The position numbers were made by a program, and so were the translations under genes. A stretch of DNA of 64,000 bases. Source: a virus (taxonomy: Duplodnaviria > Heunggongvirae > Uroviricota > Caudoviricetes). The stretch lies in IMG/VR virus record IMGVR_UViG_3300042401_002002; one strand, 5' to 3'. Under the pieces are notes generated by a model, which made no database searches, was not told the DNA's origin, and saw only the letters and a program-made list of their open reading frames with translations. Shown here piece by piece: positions 59,799 through 64,000 of this stretch. Position 1 is the stretch's first letter, and each line of letters begins with the position of its first letter.

Positions 59799-61862
59799 TT
59801 AAAAATCTAAACTTAATTCAATCAATTTAGTTTGGTTATTTTTCTTTTCTAATGGTGTGCTTAATTTACCAACAGCAACTAACACATTATTATCATCATA
59901 AATACCTATACTTGAAATTAAAACACTATTTTCTGTTTCATCAAACGTTGGGTTTTGACTTGTATTAAAATTATTGTAAGGTAATGTTATTAAAAATTTA
60001 GTTTTAAACACTGTTGCACTAATATCTGTATTTACATTACCATAAAAGAATGATTCATCACCAAAATTAAGTGTTGTTGTATCTGAAGCTAATGGTATGT
60101 TAATATAGTTATTTAAATTGTATGTGGTACCACCTGTAATTATATTATTATCTATAACATAATTAATGTTTTGGAAAGCTGTTGATGGTATTGTACCACC
60201 TGACCAAGTACTGTAACCATTTAATCTTGATGTATAATCAAATTCTTTCCATGCTTCTGGTGAAGGTCTATCGTTAGGATTATTAACTAACTGATAAATT
60301 ATTTTAAATGTTCTAAACGTAAATCCGGTACCTGATGCAAAACCTGTGTTATTACTTAAATACTGTAATTCACTATCAGAAATATTAAATCTACAAACTT
60401 GGTTGTTTGTTAACGCATTGTTAGATGTTTCACCACTGAATACAGTGTAAATTTGGTTATGTAAACCACCTTTATAACCATAACTTAAATTAAAACTATA
60501 TGCTGTTGTATTATCAAATAAATACGTAACGTAAAGTCTTTGGTTTGTTGTTGTAAAGATATTTGGATTAGTTACCGTTCCTAAAGTATTACCAATATTA
60601 CTTATTTCCGGTAAAGTAAAATTTCTATCACTTTTGTAACTAAGAGCAGTTAATAATTCTTCGTTTTCAACGATAGCAAGTTTCAAGTTAGGAAACACCT
60701 TTCCAATAACTGTATTGTAACTGTCATCAGCTATCAAATCGTAGTACGGTGTGTTTAAACCAGACAATATCTTGGTTGTAGTAGTGTTTAAACATTTTAA
60801 TTTAACACCTACTTTGTTTGATGTTTTGGACCAAATTACTGTTGGTATATCTAAAACAGTAGAACCACTATAAAATTGTTCACCATAAAAGTTTGAAACA
60901 CTATTATTAGTAAAATGAACAATACCTAATGATTTTTGTGAATCACCTAATGTATTAATGTATTCTTTGAAACCAGCATAGTTTTTTGTGTTAAATTCAC
61001 CATAAGGTTTGAATGTTGAATCTTTACCTGCTAATTCTTCTGTGTAAACTATACTTAAATTCCAAACAGGAACATCATCATTACCTACATTGAATGAATT
61101 ATCAAATGATAACGTATCACTATTCCAATAATCACTAATTACACTTGAACCATAGTATGAATTTATTGAATCACCACCTGGATATATAATTGCTTGCGCA
61201 ACCGTTGAACCTGTAAAACTATTAAAATTTGGTGTGTTTCTATCTACTGTAACTGATAATGTATTTCCAGATAACGTACCTGTTTTAGCTTGTATTTTAT
61301 AAAATAAATGAGGTAATAATTTGTTTTGGTCAATAACACCATTTGTTGTGGTTCCTGTTGTTGATGGATTAACCCATTGAACCATTATTAGGTCATTAAC
61401 AGCAGGTTCTGTTGATAATGTGAATCCAGAACCTTGTCTAATATGAATAGTATTAGACCCTGAAGAACCAGATAAAGGTACGATAATATTTGCTTGTCTA
61501 ACATAAGTTGTTGATGTTAGACCCGTGAAACCTGATGTCGTTGAGCCAGTAAAGAAGCCTCTTGTTTTGGCTGTATTTTTGACTGAAATTTCGGTTGGAA
61601 TGACAGTTGGTAGTGGACTTAAATTTGATGTTGATGAGTCGGTTGGTTTTATGAAATATTTTAAGTCAGGGTTTTTATCTTTTGGTCTCAAAACACTTAA
61701 TATTGAACCTGTTTGATTTGTATTATTTAAAAATTGGTAATCTACCTCGTCATCGGAAATACCCCATTGAGAAAAACGCAGTAGACCGCTTGCTAATAAT
61801 TTTCTTCCGTATGTTGATAATTTTGTTTGGATAGCTAAGGAATCCTTTAAAATGAAGCTCAT
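59799..61862 (-). CDS. putative baseplate/tail structural protein
   Basis: KLS..GR..LA.G...F..W..SD.EVDY N-terminus; C-terminal I.IYDD...LVAVGKLS.PL.K; Ser/Thr/Gly-rich; CTATTTA upstream. Confidence 0.6.
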   Translation of the reverse strand: MSFILKDSLAIQTKLSTYGRKLLASGLLRFSQWGISDDEVDYQFLNNTNQTGSILSVLRPKDKNPDLKYFIKPTDSSTSNLSPLPTVIPTEISVKNTAKTRGFFTGSTTSGFTGLTSTTYVRQANIIVPLSGSSGSNTIHIRQGSGFTLSTEPAVNDLIMVQWVNPSTTGTTTNGVIDQNKLLPHLFYKIQAKTGTLSGNTLSVTVDRNTPNFNSFTGSTVAQAIIYPGGDSINSYYGSSVISDYWNSDTLSFDNSFNVGNDDVPVWNLSIVYTEELAGKDSTFKPYGEFNTKNYAGFKEYINTLGDSQKSLGIVHFTNNSVSNFYGEQFYSGSTVLDIPTVIWSKTSNKVGVKLKCLNTTTTKILSGLNTPYYDLIADDSYNTVIGKVFPNLKLAIVENEELLTALSYKSDRNFTLPEISNIGNTLGTVTNPNIFTTTNQRLYVTYLFDNTTAYSFNLSYGYKGGLHNQIYTVFSGETSNNALTNNQVCRFNISDSELQYLSNNTGFASGTGFTFRTFKIIYQLVNNPNDRPSPEAWKEFDYTSRLNGYSTWSGGTIPSTAFQNINYVIDNNIITGGTTYNLNNYINIPLASDTTTLNFGDESFFYGNVNTDISATVFKTKFLITLPYNNFNTSQNPTFDETENSVLISSIGIYDDNNVLVAVGKLSTPLEKKNNQTKLIELSLDF

Positions 61863-61919
61863 GTTTAGTTGTTTTGTTTATTTTTAAATAGAGTTAAGAA
61901 AATTATTTTTATAATATCT

Positions 61920-61945
61920 TGTAACCTTTTATTTTGTTTTACGTT
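61920..61945 (+). promoter_or_regulatory. promoter TGTAAC-N16-CGTT
   Basis: Upstream of 61995. Confidence 0.55.
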
Positions 61946-61994
61946 AGAATATAAAAACTAATAATGGTGTTGGTTTTAAAAGTTAAAAGTACTT

Positions 61995-62273
61995 ATGGAA
62001 AATGTAAATGAAGAAAAAATTGTTTTGTTATTTTGTAGAGAAAATTTGACCGAAATTAATAAAACTAAATTAATTGGTGAAATTGATATAAATTGTTTTG
62101 AAGGTTATTTGAAACCCATTAAACAAGCTGGTGTTTTAATTTTTGTTGAAAATGATGGTTCTAGTAAATGTTTTAGGAATCGTTATGGTAGTAGTTTTGA
62201 TTTTAAATTTGAAGATTTAACTGATGATTATAGAGTAGTTAAATATCATGAAAAATTAGAGCGTTTGTTTTAA
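61995..62273 (+). CDS. hypothetical protein
   Basis: 92 aa ORF. Confidence 0.5.
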   Translation: MENVNEEKIVLLFCRENLTEINKTKLIGEIDINCFEGYLKPIKQAGVLIFVENDGSSKCFRNRYGSSFDFKFEDLTDDYRVVKYHEKLERLF

Positions 62274-62282
62274 TTTAAAAAT

Positions 62283-62312
62283 AAAACCTCTCTTAAATAT
62301 TAGGAGAGGTTT
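62283..62312. terminator. conserved terminator hairpin
   Basis: Overlaps the stop of the convergent GIY-YIG gene. Confidence 0.6.
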
Positions 62313-63435
62313 TCGCATTTTTTCTAGGTTTGGGAATCATGTGTGATGTAATTTCTAGAAACCAACCTTTTTTCTTAGCAAAATTAACTAAACCACCATA
62401 TTCTTTTATAAAATCATGTTTGTATATAAATTGTAAAGCTATCTGATGACACTTCTCTTTATCATCCCAATAACCTGCTGGTCTACATTTGTATTCCATT
62501 CCTTCACAGATAAAATTCAACCAGCCATTTAATCTACTTTTTTCATAGGCATGTTGACTTTTCTCATTAAATTCCTTTCTCGATTTATACTTTTGAGCTT
62601 CGTTAAGGCAGTTCTCTTTAATATTCCAATAACCAACTGGTTTATTTGATTCTGTCATGTGACTTGTAATTTCTTCAAGAAAACCATCTATTTTTGATGC
62701 CGCTTGGTAAGCACCTGGATATTTTCTTTGGAATTCAGATTTACTTGAACAAGTACCTGCGTATTCAGCACATTTTTCTTTTGTCCATTTTATAGGTCCA
62801 TTTCCTAGTGATGAACTACCTAACCCAGTTTTTGCTTTATTTAAAATATTCCAACCATTTTTCAAATATTCTTGTATTGTACTATGTTCTAATATTTGAG
62901 CTTCTTCGTTAGGTATGGGTGTTTCGTTTAATATTTTAAACTCAAAATTAGCGTTTGTTTTTTCTATATGTTTATAAACAGGACTAGTGGTTTTATGGTA
63001 AGTTATATGTGTATTATACCTTACTTTAGTATTATAAGTGAGACCCACATATACATGGTTGTCTGAGAACTCAAAAATATATATAAATTTATTGAAATAA
63101 TTACCACACGGTTTCATGTGTTGGCAGATAGAATCTAAAAAAGAATCCTTTCTTGCTTTTTCATAAGCCGCTGGTGAGTTTATTTTAAACTCATTTCTAG
63201 ACGAAAAATTTTGTGCTTCATCAAAACAGGTTTTATAACACCAATAATTTTTTGGTTTTATTTCTTTTTTATTATCATAATTAGTTATCTGTTGCAACCA
63301 TCCATTTTTTCTAGATGCTTCATAGGCACTCCCGTTATTTTGTCTAAACTCTGAATTCGACTTATATTTTTGAGCTTCATTTTTACAATTATCGAAATTA
63401 TTCCAATAACCTTTAGGTACTGTATATTTTCCCAT
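62293..63435 (-). CDS. GIY-YIG endonuclease with tandem [GN]YW..C..EA repeats
   Basis: Central FIYIFEF...YVGLT....R...H; five repeats of about 52 aa. Confidence 0.8.
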   Translation of the reverse strand: MGKYTVPKGYWNNFDNCKNEAQKYKSNSEFRQNNGSAYEASRKNGWLQQITNYDNKKEIKPKNYWCYKTCFDEAQNFSSRNEFKINSPAAYEKARKDSFLDSICQHMKPCGNYFNKFIYIFEFSDNHVYVGLTYNTKVRYNTHITYHKTTSPVYKHIEKTNANFEFKILNETPIPNEEAQILEHSTIQEYLKNGWNILNKAKTGLGSSSLGNGPIKWTKEKCAEYAGTCSSKSEFQRKYPGAYQAASKIDGFLEEITSHMTESNKPVGYWNIKENCLNEAQKYKSRKEFNEKSQHAYEKSRLNGWLNFICEGMEYKCRPAGYWDDKEKCHQIALQFIYKHDFIKEYGGLVNFAKKKGWFLEITSHMIPKPRKNAKTSPNI

Positions 63436-63518
63436 ATAATATTTTACATTTTTTATTATTTTAAGTTTGATATTTTTAATTTACTAATTTTATTTCAATT
63501 TTCCAAATATTTATTTTA

Positions 63519-63896
63519 TTAATTTAAACTATCTTGAATGAAAATATATAGTGGCTCACGTATAGGGACTACTAAATTTTCACAAACATTATTTTTAAAG
63601 GTTATATTAAATTCACCTATGTAACTTCCTGTAGTATTAGTATCTTTCCCTGTCCATTCATACACAATATAGTACTCCATAATGTCACTAAACTCATCAA
63701 CCCCAACATGACGAACGACAATATCTGCGTTTCTAGATGCAATCTTGTACACGTTATTTGCTAAATTTTTCATTGAGAAAGTTACTTTAGCTGTTTTGAT
63801 TAACTTAGTTAAATCCTCGTAATTGGTTGAATCTGTGGTTTGAATCTTAACTTTTAAATGTGGTAAGGTACTATTCTTATTTATATAAAAATCCAT
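63519..63896 (-). CDS. BppU-like (baseplate upper protein N-terminal) domain protein
   Basis: F.I..N.TLP.L, V.F.M, YEW...DT...G.Y.GEF motifs. Confidence 0.6.
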   Translation of the reverse strand: MDFYINKNSTLPHLKVKIQTTDSTNYEDLTKLIKTAKVTFSMKNLANNVYKIASRNADIVVRHVGVDEFSDIMEYYIVYEWTGKDTNTTGSYIGEFNITFKNNVCENLVVPIREPLYIFIQDSLN

Positions 63897-64000
63897 TTTT
63901 TATCTATTTATTTATAAATAGTTCTAATGAAACAACTTTTAACCGAATCAATAACAGCTAATCAGGCTATTGAATATATGAATAAACGACAAGTTGTTGC

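Noticed and set aside
2068-61716. Short ORFs antisense to or nested in long genes (e.g. 2068, 2114, 8481, 12312, 15396, 25143, 29181, 41159, 46941, 50570, 51654, 53079, 61525)
   Set aside because: They overlap well-supported genes and show no motifs
1-64000. tRNA or rRNA genes
   Set aside because: No cloverleaf or rRNA-like segment seen by eye; a covariance search would be needed to exclude them

Overview
Very AT-rich 64 kb segment of a large T4-like myovirus (jumbo-type phage). The host is probably Bacteroidota, inferred from TAnnTTTG promoter elements. Core genes: tail tube, portal with intein, gp25-like wedge, tape measure, baseplate proteins, family B DNA polymerase, fused SbcD-SbcC nuclease, NrdA with mini-intein, NrdB, thioredoxin, DHFR, three GIY-YIG proteins and two tnpB-only insertion elements whose ends can be mapped. 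The main unexplained signal is in the gaps the ORF track leaves empty. They hold about 66 hand-translated microgenes (37-62 aa, mostly 40-49), all on the minus strand, in nine arrays, mostly chained by ATGA stop/start overlaps (junction AGATGAAAYTW). Each encodes MKL-x-I, a hypervariable core, then N-x-[IL]-x-I-[YF]-x-R. This looks like an uncharacterised, expanding microprotein cassette library. Also visible: a Pro-starting intein in the portal, an ECF-type/sigma70 composite promoter, a late motif CTATTTA, and a dispersed conserved terminator hairpin. All protein calls come from reading motifs by eye; no database searches were run.
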